Shown one piece after another: positions 33,545 to 46,814 of a stretch of 64,000 nucleotides of DNA. Source of the stretch: the human T2T-CHM13v2.0 reference genome, Homo sapiens; assembly GCF_009914755.1 (NCBI RefSeq), contig NC_060941.1. One strand, given 5' to 3'. Position numbers and translations under genes: made by a program. The first letter of the stretch is position 1, and each line of letters begins with the position of its first letter. The notes beneath the pieces were generated by a model. It saw only the letters and a program-made list of their open reading frames with translations. It did no database searches and was not told where the DNA came from.

Positions 33545-34122
33545 GGTGCAGTACAAAGGATTGTAAAGATCCTTTTCTTCATCCCAAGATTCCTGTCCCT
33601 TGGTTATTCAAACACTCACCTTGGTACTTCTGTGAAGGGACTTTGAAGATGCAATTAAGGTTGCTAATCAGCTGACCTTAAAGTAGGGAGACTAGCCTGG
33701 ATCATCCAGGTAGGCTCAATGTAATCACATGAGCCCTTAAAAGAAGAGGAAGGCAGAGGTATGTGCAAGAGAGGAAGCCAAAGGGGAGGTCTAAATGAGA
33801 ATTTTGACTTGACTTGCTAGCTCTGAAGAAGGAGCAAGAGAGACAGGAGCCAAGGGGTGCAGGTGACCCGGCTGACAGCTAGCAGGGAAACAGGGACCTC
33901 CATCCTGTAACCGCAAGGAAATGAATTTGACAACAATCTGAATGAACTTGATTCTTCCCCAGAGCCTCTAGTAAGAAACAGCCCTGCCAATACCTTGATT
34001 TTAGCCCAGTGAGACCCAGGTTGGACTTTTTACCTACAGAAATTAGGAGATAATAAATGTGTGTTGTTTTAAACCACTAGGTTTATGGTAATTTGTTACG
34101 GCAGCTATAGAAAACTAATACA
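33545..34122 (+). mobile_element. MaLR solo LTR, MLT1E-like
   Basis: GTGAAGGGACTTTGAAGATGCAATTAAGGTTGCTAATCAGCTGACCTTAAAGTAGGGAG...TTCCCCAGAGCCTC...GAAAACTAATACA. Confidence 0.88.
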
Positions 34123-35157
34123 GGCAACCACAGAAGGCTCCAGAGAAAGAAATTTGTTCATCCAAATGAAAAAATGTCAAGGAAGCCCAAGAATAGTCTA
34201 GGAAGGAGAAGAGTGTTAGGGAAGAAATAGATTGCTGTGATAGGGCAATCTTAAATCCCATCTCTAGGTTACCTGTATTTACCATTGCCCCTAAGAGATT
34301 ATACCTTCTCACCTCCATGTCATGGCTAGAGTGTGATTAACTCTTTTATTAAAAAATATTTGCAAAAAGAACTAAGCAAGGGTGACATAGAAATCAGTGG
34401 CACCTTCCACTGGCTTTCCAACACAGTGTCTTAGCCCATCCAATTCCCATTGAACATCTCAGACCTTCAGAAAAGTTAGATGGCTTTTCTAAGGTCATAT
34501 AGTTGGTTATTAGTAAATCAGAAACTTGATTTCAAGTCCTCTACTGTCTTATCCTAATTTTTTCATGTCATTAACCTTAATTCTTACTTATTATGAAAAC
34601 TGGCTGGAATTCAAAGAGAATGCATTTAGTAAATAGGCTACAAGAAAGTATGTTGTATTAGCACATGGAAAAGGAATATAGAGACTTATCTGGATTATTT
34701 ATAGCTGAAGTCACATCATCAATAGGTAATCCCGGGTGTCTGACTCACCGATAACGCAGAAAAAAATACCAAAGATAGCTAGATACTTGGGAGAAGGAGA
34801 ATTTTGGTTTAGATGACAAATCAATGCTTCAATAATTCTCTATTGCACTTTTCTGAAGATCTCATGGCCACTTGGCAACATTGAATAACCTTGGTACCAA
34901 CAAGCCTGAGTCTGCCTTAGCAGATAAAATCAATTTGTAATCCTGGAAGGCAAATTGAAAAGCCTTAGGAAGAAAATGAAATGATTCAGCATACATATTG
35001 AGAATGGAATCCAGGAACTCAAGACAGGCAACTGCCCAGTTATTTTAAGGGAGCCTTATTTGGAGCACACTGGAGTCCTCCCCACTCCCCACCCATCTGA
35101 ATTCCACCAGCATTGCCAGCATTATCCTTTTGGTGTCCTGGGTTTGCCCCTTTCTGT

Positions 35158-35238
35158 CTCTCAACCAAGAGACCTCAACCAAGCACCTCTCAACCAAGCA
35201 TCTCAACGCTCTGTCATTCTTGACCAAGCACCTCAAAC
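35158..35238. repeat. Short degenerate minisatellite, 13-15 bp unit CTCAACCAAGCAC
   Basis: Three adjacent CTCAACCAAG copies plus two partial copies. Confidence 0.75.
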
Positions 35239-36005
35239 CCCAGAATCCTGAGGCCAATAACTCTTGTACTCTGCTGGGTTGCGAGACCCGACCACAGATC
35301 CATCCCCATTCCAAGTCACCTCATTCAAAACATCCCGAGCTGGAGAAAGATTCAGGTGGTTTCTGCTGGAGCTGATAGATAGCTACCCAACACATGGAGG
35401 GAACCCTTAAAAAGGTGAAATCATGTATGTAACATTTCAGCTGAGATCATAAAGAAGTAGAATGCACATCCTCCACTTTCTAGAATGAGATCCATAAAGA
35501 AGCAAAATGATTAGGGAAATATCCTCAAAATACAATTGATGAGAAATGTTCACTTTAGAAATTCCTGTCGATATTTCGGTTTTGGCCTAATAATTGCATT
35601 TTAGCTTGCCAGAGCCTTTACATCTCTAGCTGAGCTTAAGATAAATTCTGCAAGGACTACCCAGACTTCTACACATGTGCACACAAATACAAATCCATTC
35701 CCCAAATGTTAGTGGCAACAAATAAATGGAAATAATCCAACTCATTTATTATAATTGGTCTCACCAAGAATGCAATGCTAAAGAAAATTTGGTAAATTAT
35801 TCACCTTTGTTGAAAAGAATATTTGTAAAAAAGAGACACCGTCATGTCTTTTGGTTTTACTGTTTAAATTTCAATAGAATGTTTAATATAAAAATAATAT
35901 GCAGCTGGAGACTTTCCATCTAAGTTAGCATAATTTCTTGAGTACTTATTTTAAACTCATCTCAAGCCTAAGTTCCAAGGAGTGTGTGGAGGAAGCTGCA
36001 TCAAT

Positions 36006-36190
36006 GGGGAAGAGAAAGAGAGAGAGAGAGAAAGAGAAGAGACAAAAAGAGAGAGGAAAAGAGAGAAAGAGGAGAGAGGAAAAGAGAGGAAAAGAGAGAA
36101 AGAGAAACAGAGAAAAAGAGAAAGAAAGAGAAAGAGAGAAAGAGAAAGAAACAAAGAGAAAGAGAAAGAAAGAAACAAAGAGAAAGAGAA
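36006..36190. repeat. 185-bp GA-rich polypurine tract
   Basis: Only 4 pyrimidines (C at 36043, 36108, 36152, 36176); source of the K/E/R-rich and F/S/L-rich ORFs. Confidence 0.97.
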
Positions 36191-36493
36191 TCTGCAAACG
36201 CACACGCAAGCTTCAGTGTATGGAGAGGAGTGTATTTATAAGCTATCGAGCCTAGTTTCATCATTTCTTGAGGACAGCTATACTCTGGTCTTGTGTTCTG
36301 AGAGATGCTACTCAGAACAAAAATTATCTTATTTTGCTTATATCATTCTTGATTTCTGGTGAGTCCTTTCAAAAGTCCTAGATATTGCACAAAGCGATTC
36401 CTGGCAGGTCAACCTTCCACTGATAAGTTATACTCTACGTACATGCAAAGAGCATACAGTGAAACACAATTAACTCATATAGAAACATATTAG

Positions 36494-36847
<354 letters not shown>

Positions 36848-37544
36848 TCCGATAATACTTTTTATTTGCCCTGGAAGAAAGTCACTTAACTTGCTGCAAC
36901 CTGAATTTGTTTATCATGAAAATGATGCTCTCATATGTCACCACTGGTAAATGAAGATGCTTTCCATTCTTGGGAGATGGTAACTCCATGAATACCAGAC
37001 TGTCCTGAAGCAGGGAACCTGGAAAGTAGGTGAAGAGAGACTTGAGACGTTCATCTGATTCTTTTAAAAAAGCATAGCTTCATTCTCCAATGAGGAAAAT
37101 AAAGGGAAGAGAGAAAGTGCACTTGGACAAAGAAATGGAGTGGTATCAGACACATCTCCAACTTTCCCTCCACCCTCCAGTTCCTCTAGCATCACCCACT
37201 CGCTAACATCATTAGAAAGAGCTGCTAATAATTAATTAGAAAAGGAGAAAAAAAAGAGAAGTGTCTTGATGTTTATTTAGTTCTTTTTGGCCAGAAGAAA
37301 CTACACAAGTCTCCTGGGATGTCACTTTTTCACCTCTGGTCATCTCTACATTATGATTTGATATTCTTTGGAAGCCAATACTAAGAGCAAACCCTCAAGT
37401 ATGACATTGGCAGTCCTAGACCACCAGCTGTCACTCCTGCCATACACCACACAACAGTGATGTCCACAGAACTGCCCTGATTCTTCCTGCCTCAAAGACA
37501 CAGTTATATGAGTTAACAGGACCAGATATAAAATTGTGGCCTCT

Positions 37545-38018
37545 ATAAAGACATGTGCACACGTATGTTTATTATGGCATTATTCACAATAGCAAAGACT
37601 TGGAACCAACCCAAATGTCCATCAGTGATAGACTGGATTAAGAAAATGTGGCACATATACACCATGGAATACTATGCAGCCATAAAAAAGGATGACTTCA
37701 TGTCCTTTGTAGGGACATGGATGCAGCTGGAAACCATCATTCTGAGCAAACTGTCACAAGGACAGAAAACCAAACACTGCATGTTCTCACTCATAGGTGG
37801 GAATTGAACAATGAGAATACTTGGACACAGGGCAGGGAACATCACACCCCAGGGCCTGTCATGGGGTGGGGGGCAGGGAGAGGGATAGCGTCAGGAGAAA
37901 TACCTAATGTAAATGACGAGTTAATGGGTGCAACACACCAACATGGCACATGTATACCTATGTAACAAACCTGCATATTATGTACATATACCCTAGAACT
38001 TAAAAGTATAATAAAAAA
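37545..38018 (+). mobile_element. 5'-truncated L1PA5/6-like 3' end
   Basis: ORF 37553-37807 is the L1 ORF2 C-terminus (...HCMFSLIGGN*); G-rich 3'UTR; AATAAA; exact TSD TGTGGCCTCT at 37535-37544 and 38024-38033. Confidence 0.96.
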
Positions 38019-39859
38019 TAGAGTGTGGCCTCTTATCCCCATCCCCCCATACTCCCTTTTTTCTATGTCACTTTCAAAGCAACATCATTCAATAGTGGTA
38101 CAGAGTATAGAATGTTGTCAGCTTTGAAAAACGCATATTTCCTCAAACTGGGAAGTCTTTCTCCAAGTCCAGAAAGATTATGGAGTAAGTGTGTTCTGTC
38201 CTTGGGAACATAAGCCTTAGAAAACGGAGAAGAGTGAAGGTCAGGGACCTCTTCTGTGGCTGTACAAGCCTGTTCCAGAAGGAGAGACCTAGGATGATTA
38301 AAATACTGTTTTTGCAGCTGTCACACAAACACTATTTAAAATTCCCGTTCCCTATCCCAGGATTTAATGCAAATTGTCCACATGACAGAGGGTCAAAATG
38401 ACAATTTACTTGCAATTAGCCAGATGTGTTGGAATGAAATTTCTCCCACCCACCCCCCAAAATTATCTGAATAATTTACACATACATAATCACCTTACTC
38501 CAGGGGGAAAATAGTATGCCTTTATTTATTTCCTTCAAGTACCTAGATTTTCCAACCAGAAAGTGTCATGTCCAGAAAAGCAAATAAGATAACTCTGTGA
38601 GGCCAGGCTGTCCCTCTTTCAAATGCAGACAGAATTAATTTGTGTTCATTAACTCCTTATCAAGTTACCTGACTTTGATTCCCAGCACAAAATGTATTTT
38701 AAAAAGGAGATGGGGGCAGTGGTAGATTTTCAGGAAATAGCGAGTTCTTTTTCTACTGAGATAAAAATCATTTGGCAAGCCAGGGTGAAATACTTCTAGT
38801 TTTAAGAGAGAGAAAAAGAAAGAGAAATGTAGAAGATGATAATGAACCACAAAAGGAAAAGTTTTTTGTTTTTTTTTTTAAATTTTAAATCAGACCTTAC
38901 TTTTGAAAACAGCTCAGTTTGCAGCGAATTTTTAAAGAAATGTCAATTATTCCTTTGGGAGTATGTCCTAGCTAAACCAGGCCATAGGATGACTGCAATA
39001 AAGGAGTGAGCAATTCAGGTGACTTTAATTAAAAAGCTTAGGCTCATCAGAACTGACCTTTCAGACCCAGCCTTTCATCCCAAAAAGGATGAAGCTGGTA
39101 AAAGCTAGTGATATGGGCCCGAGGGAGGCGGTCTTGGAGCCTTGGGGACCAGGCTGCATTGTGAGCTAACTGTGGCTGACTGGACAGCAGATTGCTCCTT
39201 GGGAGGGCAGTTGGCTTTTATAATGAGGCATTTGAAGCAAAGAGGGATGTCCTATAAGTTAGTGAGAGAAGATGAAACCCTCAGATAACTCCTAAGTTTC
39301 ACTTGGCATCTTTTAATTGGGAGGCTTTAGAACCCCTTGGCTCCAAAGTGGCCACCCTCAGTCTGCTCCCCAGGATTCAGATGCTGCGTGGGAAGAGATG
39401 GTCAACAAGGGCTGGGGAAGAGGGGACAGGAAGGGAAGCTAACAGCCAGGGTGATCGCCCTGCAGAGGATCAGCTCCATGCTTGGAGCTGTTTTCATGCC
39501 AAGAGTAGCAAGGATTCACTGTGAAGACAATCCAGATGTCAAGACTGAGTACAAAACTCCCTAAGAAAGCAGCCCTGAGTGTATGGTGGGAAAGGCCATA
39601 AACCCAGCTTCTATTGCAGTGAGAACACCGGTCCTTGTTAGTTGGGATCAAGGTAGGACATTTGAAGGAGAAATGTAGGAATCATGGGGTCTGGAGAAGG
39701 AGAAAGGATTGTGTAGTCTTACTGCTTGCATTTATTCAAATGCAAGGGGGAGCTACCAGCCTTCCCTCCTCCCTGTCTGGAAAGGATTAACACATTTGAG
39801 GGCTCTGAGCACTGGAAAAAATTACTATCTTCTTCACCCCGCTGTCTATCTGCAAAATG

Positions 39860-40670
39860 GTGATTGTGAGGCTGTTCCTCAATATGCTGGTTTTTCTCCT
39901 TCCATGCACATGGGGGCAATGCCACTCCCCATCTCCTCAAAGTCAGGTATGCCATGAGATTTGCTTTGGCCAAGGGAACATTAACAAGAGAGGAGACACT
40001 TTCAGGCAGAAGACTAAGAGTCAATGCAAACCTTCCCATGCTGCCTCCTCTATGCCACTGAGGCCAGGGATATTCCAGTTGGTGGAAGGTCTTCCATATT
40101 GCTTCCCCTGATGAGGACAAAGTGGCACAGAGCCACCTTACCTTACCCTGTCATGCCATACTCTTGCTGGCTGACCCATGGTGTATTAGTCTGTTTTCAT
40201 AGTGCTGTAAAGAATTGCCTGAGACTGGGTAATTTATAAAGGAAAGAGGTTTAATTGACTCACAGTTCAGCATGGCTGGGGAGACCTCAGGAAACTTACA
40301 ATCATGGTGGAAGACAAAAAAGCAGCAAGGCACCTTCTTCACAAGGTGGTAGGAAGGAGAAGTGCTCAGCGGCGGGGAGGGGGAAGAGCCCCTTATAAAA
40401 CTATTGATCTCTTGAGAACTCACTATTACAAGAACAGCATGGGGGAAACCACCCCCATGATTCAATTACCTCCACCTGGTCTCTCCCTTGACACATGGGG
40501 ATTATGGGGCTTACAATTCAAGATGAGATTTGGGTGGGGACACAAAGCCTAACAATATCATATGATGAATATGTAGTATAAGCAAACAATCCATCTTGGT
40601 TATTTTCAGCCACTGAGATTTTGATGTTGTTTTTTACTGAAGATACAAAAATATAAAATACCTAACCAAG
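39860..40670 (+). mobile_element. Old MLT1J-like LTR split by THE1D
   Basis: GCCATGAGATTTGCTTTGGCCAA...CACTTTCAGGCAGAAG...GCTGACCCATGG; resumes after THE1D with AGCCACTGAGATTTTG. Confidence 0.65.
40182..40560 (-). mobile_element. THE1D-like solo LTR
   Basis: TGTATTAGTCTGTTTTCA...CCTGGTCTCTCCCTTGACAC...ACAAAGCCTAACAATATCA; TSD CATGG/TATGA. Confidence 0.93.
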
Positions 40671-40869
40671 AAGTCCAAAAGATTTCGGTTTCAAAAATGA
40701 CTACTTTGATAATTTGGCATTTCCATGAATAACCAAATTCTTTTAAAAACTTCTCTTTTTATGCTTCTGGTATGATGTGGTACATTAAGCATGCACCTCA
40801 CCTGGTCTGACTATTGGGAAATCTAACCCTTCTCCCCTTAGAAACTCTGCCCTGTGGCAATGCACAGCA

Positions 40870-41300
40870 GAATACACTGACTTTTGTAGACTATGTGAGT
40901 ATCTCCTCTCTGCTGTCATTTACCAGCCAGTCACATGTTTTTGGAAAATTTATTCAAACTCTCTAAATTTCAGCTTAGTTATAAAAATTAGCACCATAAT
41001 TCCTATCTTTCCAAGTTATTGTGCCCCAGGGAGGAAAAGAAGTACACCACATATAGTGGCTTTCCCAACCTACTCCTGACCACCAGCAGACACATTACTC
41101 AACCCTCCTGAGGAAGGGTTTCCTTTCCATAAAATGAGATGACAATACCTACCTCCCAACTTGGGGTCAGGATTAAATAAATCAGTCAACATAGAGCTCT
41201 TAGCAGGTCTATACACCGAATACACAGCAGGTGATGTAATCATTGTGCTCATCATTAAATTATTAAATTGCATAGCACCTAATATATATTCAATAAATCT
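40870..41300 (+). mobile_element. MIR fragments
   Basis: GTTTCCTTTCCATAAAATGAGATGACAATACCTACCTC...GGATTAAAT. Confidence 0.6.
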
Positions 41301-42389
41301 TAGCTGCTTCCATTGCCCTTGGAGAATGAGAGCTTCATGTTTAGGAATGGAATCATTTGAAATAGCATTATCAACAGTTAATCAGCAGGGTGGCCAACAA
41401 CCTACTATGAAGAGGAAAGGACTCAAGGAGTCTCTGCTTTAGACCCGTTTATGGTAAGACATGTCTGGGGCTTTAGGATGCCAGGTTTTTTCCATTCTGT
41501 GAACACATGGCTTCCATTAGTTTACTGATACTGACATATCCGAGGCTTCCAAAGAACTCTGGGCCTCTGATGAGTGAAAGGTTTGCATGCCCAACAAGGA
41601 AAAGACAGGCTCCACAGGCATAAAAATGCTGCCAGGGGAGGGGAAGAGGAGGTGTTGAGTTTAGGTAGGAGACCAAATCTGGCTCTGTTTTTAATGACCA
41701 TCCTGTCCACACCTGAAAATAAACTAGCTACACCTGGGGAAATTTCGAATGCTTCTGGAGCTCCAATGCCGATGTCAGTGTGCATATATAGCCTTCATTA
41801 ATCAGAGTGAGTGTCATGTGGGTGTGTGCAAACAGGGACTGGAGAATAGTGAACAGTTTGCACAGTGCACACACACCGTCTCTGCTGAACTTTCTCATCC
41901 AAAGCAAACCTAAGCTCGAATGATCAGCTCCTTTTATTATGTGTTCTAAGGACATCGTTATTTGGCTGGCTTCTTAGAAACGGCCTGAATTCTAATTAGT
42001 TTGCAGTTTGAGGCTGCAGCATGGTAACTCAATACCTGCCTAAACTTTATCATCTGTTTCCCATCTTCAAAGCGGCACGGTCCACTTTTGTGCTGAGCAA
42101 AGGTGATGCCGGGGACCTCATTTTGTGTTTTGTGTCTCGTAGCAACAAGAGCTATTTGAAAGAGGGAGAAAGGTGGGGCCATCGCTGACCTAAGTTTGGG
42201 ACAATTCTTTGTTCTAAGTTTCATCCCCAAGGGGAGGGTTCCAAAGAAATAAGGCTTTTTGTCCCTGATTACAGAAAGGATCTACCTCATCGGGGCAGTC
42301 TATTATCTCTCAAGATGTTTGTCATTTCAGACTATACAGCAAGAGTGGGCAAATAAAAGTGTGATGAAAAAATAATGAGGTCATATTTG

Positions 42390-42750
42390 CCTAATACGTG
42401 AAAACTAACGTGTTTTCCCGTACACTAAATCATCTGGTTGTTTCAACAGCCCTGTGAACAAGGTGAGCAGTTCGTATTGGGCCATTTTTACGGGTGAGGA
42501 AAGTAAGACTGAAGGAGGTCAGCCCACCTTGATTTGCATCTTGTCTCCTGACAACTAAACTCTTAAACCCTGGGGAAGTTTCTCCATCTCTGTGTCTGTA
42601 TGGCCTCATCTGCAAAATGGGGAAAACAACAGTTGCTACTTCCTGGGTTGCTGTTAGGCTTAACGAGTTAATACATGTAAAAATTTAAAAAGTGATTAAA
42701 GATCACCTGTGACAAAGAAAAGGTCGAGCATGTGTTGGCTATTTTGATGA
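42390..42750. mobile_element. Two oppositely oriented MIR fragments
   Basis: CCATTTTTACGGGTGAGGAAAGTAAG (minus) then CCTCATCTGCAAAATGGGGA...TTAATACATGTAAAA (plus). Confidence 0.65.
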
Positions 42751-42762
42751 TGAAGAAAAGTA

Positions 42763-43138
<376 letters not shown>

Positions 43139-43557
43139 TAAAGTTGAAAATGTGGGACCTCAGAAGCTTAGGACTGAAATTATCCATAGGAAGAATTGGG
43201 CTGAGATGAAATCCACATCAGCATAGCACAGAGAAAATGAGAAAAACAAAATGCCCTTGTTCATGTGGCTGTTCAATTCCCATCCTGTCTACACTCCACA
43301 CTCTACCCTGGATGGATGACACACTGCTCCAAGTCCCTCAGGGTCATAAGGAAGATTGTGACCCAATCTGACATCTGGTCATGGAAAGCTGTGTTTCCTT
43401 CTTATTTTATAAAATGCATATGTTGGGGCGGGGGGAAGAAGACCAAGTTTGACCCCCTCCAATCCATGTAATAATAGCTAACATAAACTGAGCTTTTCTT
43501 ATGTGCCAGGCACTGTGTTATATATATTGCACACATTTTCTAATTTCTTTCTCATAC

Positions 43558-44015
43558 AGGGTGACGAAACATATCAGTTTGCTCACCACTGACGGGTTCC
43601 CTGGAACTTTGCTGTATTCGTGTGTTCTCATGCTGCTAATAAAGAAATACCCAAGACTGGGTAATTTACAAAGAAAAAGAGGTGTAATGGACTCACAGTT
43701 CCACATGGCTGGGGAGGTCTCACAATCATGGTGGAAGGCAAAACAGGAGCAAAGTCACTTCTCACATGGTGGCAGGCAAGAGAGATTGTGCCGGGGAAAT
43801 CCCATTTATAAAGCCATCAGATCTCGTGAGATTTTCACTACCACAAGAACAGTATGGGGAAAAACACCCCCATGATTCAATCATCTCCACCTGGCCCCAC
43901 CCTTGACACGTGGGGATGATTACAATTTAAGGTGAGATTTGGGTGGAGACACAGCCAAACCATATCACTGGCTATAACTGAGTGTCCTGGGCAAGCTGGG
44001 ACTGCTGGTCACCCT
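43558..44015. mobile_element. MER94-like hAT-Blackjack MITE split by THE1C
   Basis: Inverted ends AGGGTGAC ... GTCACCCT; internal CAGTTTGCTC and GTCCTGGGCAAGCTGGGAC. Confidence 0.75.
43613..43967 (-). mobile_element. THE1C-like solo LTR
   Basis: TGTATTCG...GCTGCTAATAAAG...GACACAGCCAAACCATATCA. Confidence 0.93.
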
Positions 44016-44211
44016 CCATGAGGAAGGTGCTCAATTCCATTTTGCAAATGTAAAGAACTGAAGTGGGAGGAGTCCCAAGTCTGGACAGGCCAGTAGGGAT
44101 TTTTCAACCTGTGCTTTTAAATCACTATAAGATACAAGCTAGGGAGAGCATCTTCCTATGGGAGAAAGTTGTAGCACATCAGTGAATGGGTTAAGTTAGC
44201 TGTTGCTTTCT

Positions 44212-45048
44212 CTTTTTTTAAACTTTTAGGTTCAAGGGTACATATGCAGGATAGGTAAACTTGTGTCACAGAAGTCTGATGTACAGATCATTTCATCACC
44301 CAGGTACTAAGCCTAGTACTCAGTAGTTATTTTTTCTGCTCTTCTCCCTCCTCCCACCTTCCACCCTCTAGTAGATCCCAGTGTCTGTTTGTGTTCATGA
44401 GTTCTCCTCATTTTTCTCCCACTTGTAAGTGATAACATGCAGTATTTGGTTTTCTGTTCCTGTGTTAGTTTACCAAGGATAATAGCCTCCAGTTCCATCC
44501 ATGTTCCCGCAAAAAACATGATCCTGTTCTTTTTTATGGTTGTGCAGCATTCATGGTGTATATGTACCACATTTTCCTTATCCAATCTGTCATTGATCGA
44601 TATTTAGGTTGATTCCCTATCTTTGCTATTGTGAATAGTGCTGCAGTGGGCAAAGGAAATGAAATGAAACTTTTCAAATGAAATGAACAGACATTTTTCA
44701 AAAAAAGGTATACATGCAGCCAACAAGCGTAACAAAAAAATGCTCAGCATCACTGATCATGAGATAAATGCAAATCTAAACCATAATGAGATACCATCTC
44801 ACACAAGTCAAAATGGCTATTATAAAAAAACTTTAAAAAAAACAGATGCTTGCAGGTTGCAGAGAAAAAGGAACACTTACACATTGTTGGCGGGAGTGTA
44901 AATTAGTTCATCCATTGTGGAAAGCAGTGTAATGATTCCCCAAAGAGCTAAAAACAGAACCATTCGACCCAACAATCCCATTGCTGGGTATATACTCAAA
45001 GGAATAGAAATCATTCTACCATAAAGACACATGTACACAAATGTTCAT
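44212..45048 (-). mobile_element. L1PA15/16-like insertion with 5' inversion
   Basis: 44212-44645 is the antisense 3' end and 44646-45048 a sense ORF2 piece; both lie within one exact TSD TGTTGCTTTCT (44201-44211, 45052-45062). Confidence 0.93.
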
Positions 45049-46670
45049 GGATGTTGCTTTCTTTATTACAAAGGGTTTCATATCCTCCTGGACTGAGTTT
45101 CTCTGTTGTTGATGCTGTTGGTGTTTGTCTGTTCTATGGTTGTTATACTTCTGTAGGATTTGGAGGCATAATCTGAAATGTTAAATAACAGACTTTTATT
45201 TTTCTAACTAGTGTCATTCTATCTTTGGAAGGAAAAAAAAAAAAAAAGAAGAACAGTGACATTAGCATTAGCAACTCTGAAAGGATCAAGACCTGATCTT
45301 CATAGTCCTATTATTTTTTTTCTGTTTCCCTCTAAAAAGAAGTCTTAGCTCCAGTAACTTCCTAGGAATTACAATTTCAGAAGTGACCAGGGATTCTCAA
45401 AGGGCACTTTCTTAGCTTCCACATACCTTCCAAATGTATATCAAGGCTTCACATCACCTGTTATACTGCCTCTATAAAACAGGCTCACAGAGTGGGAAGC
45501 ATGGCATTGAGTCGACCAAAGAAGTCATCATCTCAAGTTATAAGGAAGCTCAGGAAGAAAGGTTTCACGTGAACAAAGAATTTTCCAATCTCTTAAATAA
45601 TTGTCCATGAATGGATTTACTTAAGCAAGAGCTTAAGTACACTTCAAAAGAAACCAGTGATTATAGCTGCAAGATGAACATTGCGTCAATAGAAGGGCCA
45701 CTTGGGGACACTCTGAAATCCCAGGGCAAAACTGACTGTCTTGATTTGACAGAGGAATAGGGCCAATTGGGGGTTTAGGCTGATTCTGTTTTTTGTGAGT
45801 CATTTTGTCTGTGGACATGCCTTACAAACTAAAACAAATCCAAAAAATCCCTAGGTGTGAGATGATTAAAGTTTTAAATCTGGTCATTTGTAAATCACAA
45901 AAGCGCTGGATGAAAGCCATGCTGTTTGGAGGCTTTTGTTTTTCTTGTTAAAATCTTAGGGGTTGCTGAGCTTATAAAGACTCCTTGAATCAAATAAAAA
46001 GTGAGGGCTTTTGGAGAGAGTCATTCTCTTCAGTATCAGATGCATTTTAGTCTATAATTTTCCACTCTGGCTTATGTGGCTGTCTAGGCTTGATTCCATC
46101 AACTCATTTAATCTCCAATTTCATAAAAAAGCAAGCTTTCTGTTTATCTTTGTCCAACTGAGTGCAATCTGTGCTTTCTAGCTCTTCTAACAATCCCAAC
46201 TTTTTGAATTTCGTATCAGAATGCCTGTGTGGCATGGTAAATCTAGGCTGTCCTTGACAGGTTGGAAACGGCATACTCCTGGTGAGGAAATCAAGTGACG
46301 GCTCCCAAAGACACTCACTTAACAAATCATAACCTAAAAACAGATCATCACTTTAATTTACTGTGATGAAGTGGGGGAGAGAAGTTAATACAAATCAATG
46401 CATAGCTATAAGTTTTCAAAAAAATAAATGGTGCAGTTTCCCCCACAAACACTTAATTTTCATATACAAGCTAGTTGCTGAATTAGGGAAAATTTAGCAT
46501 TCGACACAAGCTCATCTGAAACCAACCAAAAACAGAAACTTGAACTGAATTTGCTTATTGCTACATCCCTCTATTTTGTAAAGCTGAGAAGACTGCTTAT
46601 GCTTCAAGGAAAGTTTGATAAACAACCATCTGACCAACAGAAGCTTGACATTTTAGTATCATTTTAATAT

Positions 46671-46732
46671 CATACCTAATCTGTATGTATAGGTCAGAGC
46701 TGGCCTACTGACCCATACATACAGATGAGATG
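46671..46732. other. Near-perfect inverted repeat (hairpin)
   Basis: ATCTGTATGTATAGGTCAG (46679-46697) versus CTGACCCATACATACAGAT (46708-46726): 18 of 19 bp, 10-nt loop. Confidence 0.93.
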
Positions 46733-46784
46733 CCTGAGTAAGACGATTGTCTTTTGTTACTATTCAAGGTCCTTGCTATGTGTA

Positions 46785-46814
46785 TTAGGTTGGTGAAAAA
46801 GTCATTATGGTTTT
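46785..46814. mobile_element. Solo Hsmar1/MADE1 terminal inverted repeat
   Basis: TA|TTAGGTTGGTGAAAAAGTCATTATGGTTTT versus consensus TTAGGTTGGTGCAAAAGTAATTGCGGTTTT. Confidence 0.75.

Larger units (their letters stand above)
43470..44110 (-). mobile_element. MIR, host of MER94 and THE1C
   Basis: AATAATAGCTAACATAAACTGAGC..TATGTGCCAGGCACTGTG before the nest; CCATGAGGAAGG...CCATTTTGCAAATG after it. Confidence 0.7.

Noticed and set aside
35938-36362. Charged K/E/R-rich and hydrophobic F/S/L-rich ORFs
   Set aside because: Artefacts of a stop-free GA repeat.
45564-45690. Palindromic E-box TTCACGTGAA and a CRE/CEBP-like TTGCGTCAAT
   Set aside because: Short motifs occur by chance in 64 kb; no independent support without chromatin or conservation data.
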